Positions 14,061-27,809 of a stretch of 64,000 bases of DNA are shown piece by piece. The DNA is from Eledone cirrhosa. Taxonomy: Eukaryota. Numbering within the stretch: position 1 is the first letter of the stretch; the number at the start of each line of letters is the position of its first letter. The stretch spans positions 175,336,001 through 175,400,000 of the forward strand of contig OZ024742.1 in the NCBI GenBank assembly GCA_964016885.1, written 5' to 3'. The notes under the pieces were generated by a model. The model was not told where the DNA came from, ran no database searches, and saw nothing but the letters and a program-made list of their open reading frames with translations. The position numbers were made by a program, and so were the translations under genes.

Positions 14061-14269
14061 TTATCCTTATTGTTATCACTATTATCATTCTGTTTGTCCT
14101 TGAGGAAATCTTGAATTTAGATTTTAAATAATGTTATATGAAATAGACTTTTTGTTAAGAAATTTAGGTGGAATTTCAACTCAGGATTCAATTTGCTGTA
14201 ACAAACATTGCAAGTTATCTCAGCTAAGTATCTAAAAATTCTGCCTTTGAACTGTCATGGACAAGTAGT

Positions 14270-14402
14270 TTATGTTATTAGCACCTGAATGGATGAAAGG
14301 CAAAGTTGACTGTAACCAGATTTGAACTCAGTGTGTAGTAAACTGGAAACAATGCCATAAACTATTCTATCCACAACTAACAACTCTGCCAATTCACAAC
14401 CT
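14270..14402 (-). mobile_element. SINE family A fragment
   Basis: GGATGAAAGGCAAAGTTGAC..GATTTGAACTCAG is the reverse complement of the family A core. Confidence 0.7.
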
Positions 14403-14544
14403 TAAATTGGTTAGAGAGATTCAAAGTAAGCTTGCAGAGCTCGTATGGAATCATCGTCGTCATTTATGCCTGTTATTCATTCTGGCATAGATGGCTCATT
14501 TTGGACTTGGTTTCTATGGCTTCATGCCCTTCCTAACCATTTCA

Positions 14545-14890
14545 AAGAGTGCACTGGAAGCACTTTGTCATGGCACCAGTACTACCACATTACAGAGTAT
14601 AATTGGTGCATCGTATTGTGGCCTCAACACTAAAACTGGATACAGTTTATTGTGGTACCAGTACAACCACTTACAGAGTGTATTAGTATATTTTTTGTGT
14701 TACCAGTACTAATATTTTGTAGAATGTACCAGATGTATTTTATTGTGGCACTAGTACTACCAATTTCCTGAGAGTAGTGAGTGCATTTTATTGTGGTACC
14801 AGAACTAATACTTTAGAGAATGTACTGGATGCAGTTTATCAGGGTAACAGTACTATCAGTGTACTGGGTTTATTTTATCATGGCATCAGC
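14545..14890. repeat. Diverged ~40-bp minisatellite, about 8 units
   Basis: Recurrent TTATTGTGGYACCAGTACTA..AGAGTGTA motif. Confidence 0.7.
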
Positions 14891-16544
14891 AATAGAGAGC
14901 CCTTTGTATCTTTAACTGAGCATAGAGAGCTCTAATGGAAGTGTGTTATGAAAAGGGATTGTAGTTGAGAGGTGGTTACACAATATGATGTGAAACGTGT
15001 CAAATTCTGTGCTGTTACTTTCAGAATGATGTACTGTATGATAGTGGTCATGTTAACAAATGAAAAACATTAGAGGTAATATAACACTGGGAACTACTCA
15101 ATACACACAACTATCAGAGAAGTTCAGTTTTATATGAAGAATTTGTTTTTTAACTGTTGGAAATAATTAGAGATTGTAAAACTGAAGGTAAATCAGGAAC
15201 CAAAAGAAATTAATCAGAAATGATCAGCTGATAAATAGTTTTTGTCAAAGAGATAGATAGTGAAAATAATGTCGATGACTGGTTCTGTTAGGAGGCCTCA
15301 TTCTTCAGAGAGACATCATTTGATTACTGTAAGAACAATAGAATACAGAGAATTTAAATTCGGTTATTCCTGCGGCCTTGTTATTCACAAGAGTATTCAC
15401 TTTGTGATGTTATTTTGGAGAATAAACTTCACAATTTCAATATTCAGGAAAAATAATATAATACATATTTAAAAAGTATATTCAACAGAGATAGAAAAAT
15501 ATTCTTGAGCAACACATGAAATTTATATTTCACTAGAATAATAGCATTATTTATATATATATTACACAACAGACATGTGCATATAGAAATATAATAGGTG
15601 TCTGGAGCTTTAATATCCCTTTATTTGAAAGTTATTACTTGTTAATATATGTATACTTGTCATCTTAATGGAATTTGAATGATAATTTAGTTATTTCAGA
15701 GAAGAAAAAAGAAAGAGATGAAAATATATATTGCATGCTAACCCTTAACACTCTGTTTCATGTTTTGGGTCTTTTTTTTTAGTATATATTTGTTTCCATA
15801 TTTATCTGTGCTTTTCACCAACTGCATTTTTTTCCAGTAAAATGAATTGTTTTTTGCGATATGTTTTAGAAAATATCTGCTGATAAAATTACTTTTTATT
15901 TATTTCAGTATATGAAACACATTCTTTTCTATTCTTTTCAGCTTTTTCACAGATTTAATTGAATGATTGAAATTTTCTGTTTTGGAAAACACTTTCCTAA
16001 ATTTCTTGTGTGCAGTAATTTCAGCAAAACAGAAAAAGATGTTTTTTTTATGTTTGATTTAAAAGGATATTCATGACAAAACATGTTGAGATTATTTCTT
16101 AGACATAATGTCAATTGTGATGTAAATTGGTGGCATCCACTTTTCTTTAATAGACATTTTAAAATGAAACCCATTTTTTTTTATCATTTTAAATATTTTA
16201 TATTTAATAATTAGTTTTATTTTTGTTTTAATTTTCCATCTATTTGTTTTGGCTTTTTTGTTGTTGTTAATAATATTTGTTATATTGAATGTTGATATTT
16301 TATCTGTAGAAGAAAGAAAACCTAAAACGAAACCAAAAGAAGAAGAATGAAGACAGCCCCACTAAAACATTCAACTGCTGGGATTTTCAACAATTAGCAA
16401 ATATCTTGCTTGTAAATATTTTAAAAGAAAATATATGGAGTGGTTTGAAGAAGCTTGTATTAATCTTTCATTCAAAAACTTACTATATATTTATTCATTG
16501 ATATAAATATTATTTGTTATATATCATACCTATATTTAACAATA

Positions 16545-16930
16545 AGCAGAATCATTAGAGTATCAAACAAAATATCTTTGAGGATTTAGTTATGGCTATA
16601 TATATGCTGAGTTCAAATCATACCCAAGACAATTTTCCTTTTCATCCTTCCACAGTTGTTAAAATAAATTACAAATGAAATACTGATGTCATGCTAATTA
16701 ATTATATACAATCTCAAATTCCTCAACTGTATAAAGTACTAGTGAAGTACTGATGTCAAATTAATTGACTCTACACACTCATTCCCAATAATATACCTGT
16801 CATGTTCATCAAGCTGGATATCACCTTAGTTTTATTGGTACATGAACTGAACCCTTGACAACAAAGTTCTAGGGTGAATTTAATTGATTATAAACACTCT
16901 CAAATTCCTCATACAGTGTCAATATTAGAA
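16545..16930 (+). mobile_element. Degenerate SINE family A with a locally duplicated 3' part
   Basis: GCAGAATCATTAGAG..CTGAGTTCAAATC..CCTTTTCATCCTT..TAAAATAAA; AATTAATT..CTCAAATTCCTCA recurs. Confidence 0.55.
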
Positions 16931-18299
16931 ATCTATAGTCAACACTCGATATTTCAATAACATATTGAACGTTTTAGATGATTAACACTTTGTATTGAAT
17001 GTGACTCAACTTACAACAGGAAGCATTTTATGGCCTACTTCCCTGCTTAAACTAGAGTTAGCCTTGCAGGCACCATGGCAGATTTCCTACTCATCATGGG
17101 GTCCTTTATTGAGGTAGTTTTACAGCTGGATGTCCTTACTGCCAGCACTTTTAAATACCCATACAACATACCAGGATATAGTGTACCTATTAAATATAAC
17201 AGTACAATGTCAGTCCTTATATTTATAAGTCCAGACAGTCAATATGAAGTTCTTTAACAAAATATTAAGTTCAATCTCTACTAAAGTGGATTTTTTCTCA
17301 ATATGAATGGCTGTTAGAACTCATTATCATCTTAATCTTAATCATGGCTAGTAAAACCTGCCAGGTAAAAATATTCGTTCATCATGTACTTACCTTTGTT
17401 ATTATGACATTACTGCATTGTTGAATTACACTTTAAACTAGCTATGTAACTTTCACACCCACACTCTCTCTCTCTTACAGTATTTCTCTCTCAACAGCAA
17501 CTTTTCACACATATATGTAGGAGGGAAAATGGGCAGGAGTGAAAAGTTGTTGTTGAAAGAGAGAGAGAGAGAGAATGTGTGTGTGTAAAAGATAGATAGG
17601 AGGTAGAGTGATGACAGCCTAAATATGAAAGTGCTGACAAACTTGCGCTTTAAAATCTTTTATTAAAGTCTGTTGTCATGACACCACTCTCGCAACTTTT
17701 GCTCCTCCCTTCTTCCCTCCTACATAAATATTTTGATGAACAGACAGATTGAGATCAGCTTGTCTTAAAATATAGATTAGTTTATGCCCATTTTTCCATG
17801 CTAGCATGGCATGGGCAAGATTCTTTGACGATGTATTCTAGAACCAGATGTCAACACCTACTTGTCTATTTTTTTGAAGTGAGGTATTGATCTCCACGCA
17901 TCGATCCACTGAGCTGCACAGTGTCAAATGCCAAAACATAAAAACATGGAGTCGAATACACACACGTGGCCTGTTGGTTGGGGCATTAGGCTGACAAACA
18001 TAATTTTGTGCTTTGATAGAACATTGTATTATTGATCAAGTCACTTCATTCCTTCAGTTCATTCAACTGAAGATTAATATGAGTAGTAGCTGGGAATTAA
18101 CATAGCAACAGATGAGTTTTCTATCCAGAAGAGAGTCTTGTGGTCTCAGTCTCTTTGTGCCACATGAAACAGGGATAATCTCTTGTCTGATGAGCCTCTA
18201 TGTTCAAGAAAAACTATAACTTTTAACATACTCAGTTTAAGCAGTAGATAGAATAAGAGGATTATCTTCACATATACACCAACATATAACATTGCATAT

Positions 18300-18430
18300 T
18301 TGCAGAATCATGAACACGTCAGATAGAATGCTGCATGGTATTCATTCTAATCCTTTGTCCTCTTTGACTTCAAATCCTGCTGAAGTCAAATTTACCTTTC
18401 ATTCTTTCAAGGGCCATAAGAAAATTACCT
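18300..18430 (+). mobile_element. SINE family A fragment
   Basis: GCAGAATCATG..TTCAAATCCTGCTGAAGTCAAATTTACCTTTCATTC. Confidence 0.6.
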
Positions 18431-20089
18431 GTCTAGTTGATTGTTCCTCTATATTTTTTTCTCACTTCGACTCTATTACTCTTGCTCTCTCCTTTTCTGG
18501 GGGAAATTGGCTATATTCACACCAAGAGAAGGGATGCACTCTGCCAGGTTTCAAGTAGCTAAGAAATGACATATATCATGACAAAACACCTATGACTCCA
18601 CCAGCAGTTGCACGTCCATACTTACATACATACTTAAACATATTAAAATCCCACCCTGTTATTTAATGGTAACTAGCAGTCTTACATCATTAATATATTG
18701 AAATATCATATAGAGAATTTGCTTTTCTGAAATTTCAATTCTTTTGTCTGGAAATCAATCATATCAGTCATGTTATACATTGAACTTTACCATCTCATAG
18801 CAACAATTTTCATATCCTGACCATAAACAGTTATAATTCTATAAATATTAGTCAATCATATTCTTGTAAGTATAATATCCCGAATCAGTTATTTAGCTAT
18901 GTGACAGAGATACCTGTGATAAGGTGAAAGCTAAAAGATTTATACAAGTATGATTCTCATAAATATGATTTTTTACTTTTACTCTGATATTCACCACGGA
19001 ATATAATGATGTCTTGTCCATCCTATGGAGAATGAGAAAGTTATAAATTACATTTTGAGACATATAACTTTATTGCGATGGCTTCGACAGCATTAGTGAA
19101 TGTGATCTTTGGTCATTTATTATGTGGAGTTGCATATTATATTGTAATCTATAAGTCTAGATATACTTACATTGCATGACAAACTTGTCTTTAATGTCTC
19201 CTCTTGCCAGGTAGTGTAAACCTACTCATTAAATATATTTGATATAAATTACTACAGAACAGACACTGACTTTGTCACTAAAGACACAAACACAATCACA
19301 AAACCACAGTCACAAATATACACTCATACACATAATAAACACACTAATAAACAGACTTTCACAAACGTCCACTCACTCAATCACATGCTTCCTTGACTTA
19401 ACAGAAAAACAGTTGCAAGCTTATCTTGTATAATCTGTATTTATGTTATAGTGTAAATGTATAAAATAGATTATATTATGTACGCCTGTGAAATGTCTGT
19501 TTAGACTGTTTTGTTATGACATGAAAATAAATTGGTTTGGTTGATATGGTTGTCACCTCTCAGATGCAATGTTTTCATATTTTGGCATAAAAGAAAATAC
19601 CTTCTTTACACTATAAGATCAAACTACACTGAAATGGAGTGAATCTTATGATGTGACTATAAGTGAATTGAAATAGAGATTTTAATGGCGCTATATTGTC
19701 AACAATAACAACAACTATATTTAGCTTCGACACACGGTCAGAAAGCTGAGGTATTAGTCAATTAAAATCGACTTTGGTACTTCACTAGTATGTTATCAAT
19801 CTCAGAAGAAAACCTGGCATATGGGTATCAATGCTTCAGATTAGCTTTGCAATGTACATCCCCTTATTCCAGCCATGTGGCCTATTTTTCCAAAACAATT
19901 TAAACTTACAGTTTAGTAAGCAGATGAATTAAAATTTTTCTTTGACATCACTGAGAAAATGACTAAGACTACATGTTCGATTACACAGTCTACCCAAATT
20001 ATGACGCCCTATCATTGTCCACCACATTGCTATATGCCAATGACATTTAGTAGTTTATTTAGTGATTCCAAAACCACCTCCTCCTCCTT

Positions 20090-21140
20090 CTTGTGATGTT
20101 CATGAGAGCAGAGTCCTGAAACATTCCTTCCAGCAGGAACTGTCAGAAGCAGCTGTCTTCAACTGATCCAGTTAGATCCCCAAGCGAGAGCAGCCAACCT
20201 CACAGATCTTATCTGAACATCTTGCTCAGGGTCTACCCCTGGGTCTCCTGATGGTTGGTTTATCTCATAAAATCTGTCCAGCAATTCCTTTCTGAGATAT
20301 TTTACCACATGTCAGAGCTGTGATCTTTAAATTTGGTGAAGTAGTGGCTCTACCTGGAGTGAGCCTCTGATCTCTGAGCTTCACACTCTATCAAGTAATG
20401 TTACTCCAAAGACGAATCAGAGGAACCCCATTTCAGTCACTTGCATTTGTGATCGTATTCATTCAGTCATTACCCAAGATTTATGAACATGGCCCCAAAC
20501 TCCACCTGCTTCAGTGGAACTCCATTTCACATGTAGAGTGCAATGTGCAGGTTTCCTTTAGAGGATGAGTGTCTCAGTTATCTGAACACAAATACTCAGG
20601 CATACATATAGAGACATGAGGGCAGCAAGAAACTAAGCATTTATCTCATACTCTTGCAGAATCTTCCACACCAGGTCTCGAGGAATGCAATTATATGCCT
20701 TTGTGATGTCTACAAAACACAAATATACCACTTGATAATACTCCTACAATTTCTCAAAAACCTGCTGCTGTGCTGCATCTAGGGCAAAAACTGTATTGTT
20801 CATCTGCTAGATTTGTCTTGACAATTTCCCTGTATCCCTTTGCCAGACTATTAGCATATACTTTACTGGAGAAGCTTAACAAGAGTTCCCTTTCTAATTG
20901 GAACAATCTCTGTTGTCTCATATTTTGAAAATTGAGCTTATCATTCCTGATTGCCTAGGTTCCTTTCCAGAGATCCAGGCCAGCCAGCACACATGAGTCA
21001 GCCAGAGAATACCTTCCCTATTTAAGGATTTTGACATCTCAGGCTGGATTTCATCTTCAATGTCCTTGTCACATTTGAGCTCTTGTGACTTCAGTCTCTG
21101 TGAAAATAGCTGCCACTCCCAAATGCACCTCGTGTACATC
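20090..21140 (-). mobile_element. Heavily decayed RTE-clade LINE, RT and 3' fragments
   Basis: Minus-strand remnants FVDITKAYNCIPRDLVWKILQEY and GVTLLDRV*SSEIRGSLQVEPLL, with many stops. Confidence 0.7.
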
Positions 21141-23179
21141 AGCAGATGCTGTTGTGGTCAGATTTAAGAGAGCTGTTAAAGTATTATGAAGATAAAGCAT
21201 GCTCGCGCTGTAAAATCCTTTGTGTGGGCCGCAGGTGTGCTTGTAAAGGGCTGCATATCTGACATGCCTGTTCTAGAGTATACACATGCAGCATATCCAC
21301 CTCACATTTATCTGTGTTTATTTTAACCTTTTCATTATCATATTTCTAATGAAAGTCTGTCTAAAATTTTCAAATAATTTTGAAAATAATTTGGTGAGAT
21401 CTGTTAATACAACTCTCTTTCTAATTATGAACCTGGTGTTTAGAACATATTTTCACAAATGTTCTTTAAAACTATGATGGAAAGTTTTAATGTAAAAATG
21501 AACATTACAAAACAATGAATTTTGTATCATACAACCAGGGACTGTTTTAGGCAGATTGTTATCAAAAGGATTAATGGAGTAGATAACACCTAGTAACAAT
21601 AAAACATTTGTTTTTCATTTTTATTTGAGAAATAATTTCTTAACATTCTATAGATATATAAATAAAATAACATATTTCATATCTTTCAGCTACATATATG
21701 TTTTTCCAATAATAGCTGTTCATATTGCAATTAGGGTCATATTATTCAGTAGTCTTGTAGTGAATAGGGAACCCAACAATTTTTTTTTTTTTTTTTGTTT
21801 CCGTTTTGCTGTAGTCAGATGAAAGATTGGTGTTATAGAAAGGGCCTGAAATATTTTAAAGCCTAGGAGCCTGAGAATGGGTTGATACATCACTAGTTAC
21901 AATCATATTTCAGTATTATTCTGTTTGAAAACTACCACAATGGGAATTGGATAGTAAATGATAAAAATGCGATAACAATGATGTTGAGGTGTCATCTAGC
22001 ATTACTTTATAGGTTCCTATATTTGGGTATAAAATCCCTTCATCAGAACATTAGTAGAAGAATCTAGTTTGGGGCTGTATATTTTTGGTCATTCTTAAGC
22101 TGCCATTTTTTTCAAATATTGAGGAGGAGAATGAAAAGAAGGAGGAGGAGGTGTACATAATGTAATTTAGATTAGTTTCCCAGCAAGGCTTTGGCCATGC
22201 CATAGCACCTGCAATATTTGATCTTATCAACCCCAGTACTTAGTTTTTACAGCTGGTAATTATTTTAACTCTTAACACCCTGCAATGATTTAATAGTCAC
22301 AGTGCAGTTTTGTACTTTTCAAGAACGTCTTGCTAATATAGTTTCATATTAAAAGATATTAGTTTTTGTTGAAATGCTTCATCATGGAAAATGAGAAGAT
22401 ACAAACATAAACACAGGCATACACACACACACACATGAGAGGTTTCTGCATTTTCTGTTTACCAAATTTCACTCATAAGTCATTGGTCAAACTGAGGCTA
22501 CAATACAAAATATTTGCTGAAGGTAGTATGTAGTTAGAGTGAACCCAAAACCATGTTTTTGGAGAACATTCCTAAACCACACAGCCATGCTTGCTGAGGT
22601 TTTTAACAAAAACAAAAAGAAAACAAAAACATTATTACCACAAATGTATACAGCAAAAATTTTCTACCATTCCATTAACATTCACTCCATCTTTACATCA
22701 TTTTATCTATCCTGAATAACAAATAGAGTTTATTCATTCCAGAAAATTATTTGCACAAGACATGATCATTAGAATAATGTTTAAAGGTTCTTTAAAAAGT
22801 TATGGCTTGTCCAAGCCAGATGGAGAGATTTATAAAGAGAGCTGGCACTTTAAAATGTTGTAGCGATACTGGACAATTATTAGTTCTGTTGTTGAAACAC
22901 AAAAGACTTCTTCTTCGGATATTTAATGACTGTCTAGAAGCATTAATTCTTGACAAACTGATGCAATCAGTCAAATATGCCAACATTGAATTCTGATAAC
23001 AATTATTCTCCATCTCATAAATTTTGACTTTTAACATTTTACATTACATATGTATATTTTCCTAAGCACATGGATACACGCTCACACACACAAATATACA
23101 TACACTCACATAGACAGGCACACATACACATACATGTTTAAATATTTATACACACATATATGCATATTCACACACACAG

Positions 23180-23219
<40 letters not shown>

Positions 23220-23240
23220 TGAGACTAGTAAAATGAGGTA

Positions 23241-23328
23241 TCCTCTTGATAAGTTGGCAGACCTCGCAAGGACTCTATATCTTTGATATATTGTTTTTGT
23301 TTATGCCACGAAACTACGTAGTCGAGGA
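23241..23328 (+). ncRNA. Type I hammerhead ribozyme motif, U3-A8 core variant (copy 1)
   Basis: TCCTC / TTGATAA / GTTGGCA..TGCCAC / GAA / ACTACGTAGT (palindromic stem III) / C / GAGGA. Confidence 0.7.
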
Positions 23329-23831
23329 ATTTAGGAGCAGTTTAGGTATGATACATTTTATTACTAATTATATCTAAATGTTTCTTCTCTCTTCATAATG
23401 TATTTTTAACTCTGATACTGGTTCAGTCTGGTTCAAACTGAATTGGTCTGTCCCAGTCATTCATTGAGCAACATCGGTGAAGTTGGCACCCTTAACTCAC
23501 AGTTGGGTGCGGATGCATTCATGTATATATGTGTGTGTCCGCATGTATCTGTGTGTTTCTAAATATATTAATAACTCCCTCTGGTCGAGCAATCTTTGAA
23601 GTGTGGGGACAACTGGAAAGCTTCCATTACTCATACTTCTCGCCTTCTTCACTACCTCTTCTACGGCCTCGATATGAATACCCCCTCCGCCTCCGTGGTA
23701 TTTTCTTCGTGGTTATAAGAGGCTTAGCTCTGTTTCTCGACCGTTATATCGCGTGACTATCTCCCCCTCCGCCTTTTGGGATTCTTTCTCACGTCGTGTA
23801 GACGCGTTCTTGAGACTAGTAAAATGAGGTA

Positions 23832-23919
23832 TCCTCTTGATAAGTTGGCAGACCTCGCAAGGACTCTATATCTTTGATATATTGTTTTTGTTTATGCCAC
23901 GAAACTACGTAGTCGAGGA
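23832..23919 (+). ncRNA. Type I hammerhead ribozyme motif, U3-A8 core variant (copy 2)
   Basis: Identical to 23241-23328. Confidence 0.7.
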
Positions 23920-24150
23920 ATTTAGGAGCAGTTTAGGTATGATACATTTTATTACTAATTATATCTAAATGTTTCTTCTCTCTTCATAATGTATTTTTAA
24001 CTCTGATACTGGTTCAGTCTGGTTCAAACTGAATTGGTCTGTCCCAGTCATTCATTGAGCAACATCGGTGAAGTTGGCACCCTTAACTCACAGTTGGGTG
24101 CGGATGCATTCATGTATATATGTGTGTGTCCGCATGTATCTATGTGTTTC

Positions 24151-24188
<38 letters not shown>

Positions 24189-24218
24189 ACTATCATATCC
24201 TCACACGAGATACAGAAA

Positions 24219-25527
24219 ATGCCAACAAAAACGGATACAACCCTCATCAACTCAAATGAAGAGATCCTACAGGAACTCAAGAAAATCAACACCAACCTAT
24301 CTTTGCTGGTCGACAAACTTGACTCCACAAATAAGGAAACCGCCACCGGATACAAACCCTCCGAAATCAGCGACAAACTCCAAAACCTTTGCGATACTAT
24401 CCTAACTATGTTCACTACTACCAACCCAGGAAAAACCAACGAAGAACCATGTGAGATTGATTCACACAAAATGAAAATTCGAACAATTCCAAAATGGAAC
24501 AAATCCCTCAGAGACAGAAAGTTCTCATTCTGGAAGATGATACAAAATCACAACAAAGCAGAGATATATGAAAAATGGCTTAACTCAACCCCTCTAACTC
24601 TCCCCCGTAAACTACAAATAAAGTCCATTCCAAATGAACCCGAACCTCAAAGACACCTTAGGGAAAGAATGGCATTGGAAAAAATGAAGACAGAAATTGA
24701 ACTTCTTAAACTGAGGGCCCAAACAAATGAGGAAAAAATCAAAACCATCGATGAAGAGATCCTCCTGGAAATCAACAACACAACTGAAGGCCCCAAGGTA
24801 GAGAAGATCTCCAAATTATGGAAAGGGGACTGCAACAGAGAAGAACTGAAATCCCTTCAACGCTGGGAAAAAAAGTGCCGCTTGGTTCCTACACTATGAA
24901 TCGACTTTTCAAACGGATTACACCTCCAATAACCCGTTCATAAAAATAGGAAAACCCATAACTGAACCGCACAACTTCTCAAACCCCCAAGCCTCTATCA
25001 AACGAAGAAGGAAGCACCACACCGAAGATGAACTTCCCAAACTCGCTACCATAAGAAGGAACAAAAACCCAAGAAATCTTCTCCCCCAGAATGACATTTA
25101 CAACTTTCCCCCTTCAAGGAGACACCATACCAAATCACTCAACTACTACGCGGATGCCTCATCGTCAAACATAGGGAAAAGATACCACCGCCATGATAGA
25201 TGTAGCAACTTCCCCGCTTCAAGGGGACAGCAAGGTAATTACCATTTTCTCAACTCTCGCTTCCACAATACACAACAAACCCATCCCACACGATACAACC
25301 AACAACGTAGGCCACTAATAACACCACAATACAACATGGCACATAGAAACACACACCCATACTCGCAGTACAGGAACACCCCATTCAATCTACAACCACC
25401 AACCCGAACCACATTTTACAACAACAAGGAATATAACAAACACAGGAGACCACTTAACATCAGCAGACAACCCCTCTACCCCAACCATTTTTTAGACACA
25501 GCACACAGATACAGGCAAACAAAATAA
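24219..25527 (+). pseudogene. PLE ORF1: coiled-coil N-half and basic N/Q/R/H-rich C-half, ~435 aa with one frameshift
   Basis: The 226-aa ORF (LRERMALEKMKTEIELLKLRAQTNEEKIKTIDEEI) joins a frame that is stop-free from 24874 to TAA 25527 if one A is removed from the A7 run at 24868-24874. Confidence 0.75.
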
Positions 25528-27809
25528 CACAAGACAGGGAGGAGAAACCGATAGTAATAAAAATTATCAATCTAACTAGTGCAGAACCAACACCCAACCT
25601 TATCAACTTACTCTCCAAAGGTCTTAAATTCACACCGACCCCACTACGTCCTAACTACTATGAAATGAAGGAAGACATCACAGACTTCTGTAGAAAGTTA
25701 CGACTTAGTGAACAACTATTCGACCAGTACAATGAGGATGAATCATTAGCCAGAAATAGAAGCAATTACACCCCTTCAAAAGGTAGAAATAAAATCCTGG
25801 ACGAATTCTGTGAACGCATCACAAACTTCCCTTACCAACACTTGCACAGACAAAAACACAAGCCAAACCTCAACAAGAAAGAATGGGAAGAATTAAATAG
25901 ATTGAAAACCGACAGAACCATTACAATTAAAGAGGCTGATAAAGGGAGTACAGTAGTCCTAATGGAGACATAATTCTATATCAACTTAGCGCTCTCCACT
26001 TTGGAAAACGAAACATACTACGAAAAGGCTGAACACTACAATCAACAAAATTATGAGAAACCTAAAAACTCTAATCAACCAATACAAAGAAGGACTCACT
26101 AACAAGGAATTCAGCTTCATCACAGACTTCACAAGTAAATCCAGCCTTTTCTACGGTATCCCTAAAGTACATAAAAGCGAATCAATAAGTAAGGCATGCA
26201 AGGAAGCCACAGACATAGTCATCAATGTCCCCTCACCCAATGATCTCAAATTAAGACCTATAATAGCAGGCCCCGCTTGCGAAACGCACCGTCTTAGCAA
26301 CTTCATTGATACCCTTCTCAAACCCTTCCTCAAGCACATCAAAAGCTATATAAGGGACGACCTAGATATGCTCAATCACCTCCCTAATATGCCACTTCCT
26401 GAACAAACCCTACTAGTGACGTTCGATGTAGTCAACCTATACTCCAACATCCCCCACAACCTAGGAATAGAAGCTATCCAATTCTGGCTGGATACTTTCC
26501 ACAATGAACTCCCACAACGCATCAAAAAAGAATTCGTGATAGAGGGACTCAAATTTATCTTGGAGAACAATTACTTCGTTTTCAATAACAAACCCTACAG
26601 GCAGAAATCTGGGACCGCTATGGGAACGAAAACAGCCCCGACTTATGCCTACCTAGTCATGGGATACCTGGAAATCACCCTCTACACTAAAGTCCTAAAC
26701 AAATTTGGAAACACCCTCCACTTACACATTGAAAGGAACTGGAAGCGATATCTAGATGACTGCTTCATCCTTTGGCACGAAAACATCGAAAAACTTAAAG
26801 AATTTCACACCCTTATAAATGGGCTCAACACAAATATTAACTTCACGATGGAATACAGCCATCAACAACTTCCCTTCCTCGACATCCTCATTAAGATCCA
26901 TAACAAAAAAATAGAAATAGACATATACTACAAGCCCACAGACTCCAAGCAATATCTCCCCTTCAACTCTTGCCACCCTAGACACGTTAAAATTAATATT
27001 CCCTACAACTTAGCCAAGAGAATCTGTACTATAGTCTCCAATAAAAACATCTGCTACTTACGGCTACAAGAACTAAGGACACACTCATAGGCAGGGACTA
27101 CCCTGCATCACTAATTGACAATGGAATCCAACGTGCCCTAAAACTCAGTACCCAGGACCTTACACACCCTAAAGTAAATCAACCAAAACTAAAAGCTCTT
27201 CCATACATCTCCACACACAACCCCCTCAACAATGAGGCCTTTGACACCATCCTCCAGAACATCCCTGTATTGAAAAAGGACCATAGAATGAACCAAATTC
27301 TACGAACACACGATATCATAAAGAGCAAAAGACAATCCAAGTCAATGAAAAACATCTTAACACATGCCAAAGTACTGCCAACCACAACAACGAAACCCAC
27401 AGTAAAAAAATGCGATAGACCCAACTGTGGCATTTGCATCAACCTAATAGAGGGTTCGGAATTCTATTTCAAAGATGGACAACGTTTTATAGTAAAACAC
27501 AATTTCACATGTGCATCGGAAAATCTAATATATGTATTAACTTGTTCAGGTTGTCGAGAACAATACATAGGCCAGACCAAAAATAGCCTCCGCCAACGCA
27601 TGACTGTCCATAGATCCCAAATTAAAATACGGGAATACAGGAACATACCACTGAGTGAACACATTGATACCTGTGCCGCCCAAAATCATCCCAACTTCAG
27701 AATATTTCCCCTCTACAAATTTAAAGATAATGCCACCCACACCCAGCGCATCAGCAAGGAATATTACTTCATTAACAAATACGGACCCCGTCTAAACACT
27801 TCTCCCTAA
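25488..27809 (+). pseudogene. PLE reverse transcriptase plus GIY-YIG endonuclease ORF (1 stop, 2 frameshifts)
   Basis: IINLT..LLSKGLKFTPTP, IKEADKG, PKVHK..LRPII, TFDVVNLYSNIP, QKSGTAMGT, RYLDDCF, linker CDRPNCGIC, LIYVLTCSGCREQYIGQT..RMTVH..LSEH. Lesions are TAA at 25971 and indels near 26050 and 27078; the second copy has the missing A near 31850. Confidence 0.95.

Larger units (their letters stand above)
23219..24159 (+). repeat. 350-bp direct repeats (23219-23568, 23810-24159) around a 241-bp spacer; pseudo-LTR-like, inserted in (TA)n
   Basis: Copies are offset by 591 bp and I found one mismatch between them. Both outer flanks are (TA)n. Confidence 0.95.

Noticed and set aside
22792-23037. 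Overlapping 64-aa and 81-aa ORFs as host exons
   Set aside because: No recognisable homology or convincing splice-site pair.
25971-25973. Selenocysteine recoding, as reported for some Naiad PLEs
   Set aside because: The in-frame stop is TAA, not TGA, and the Cys motifs use normal codons.
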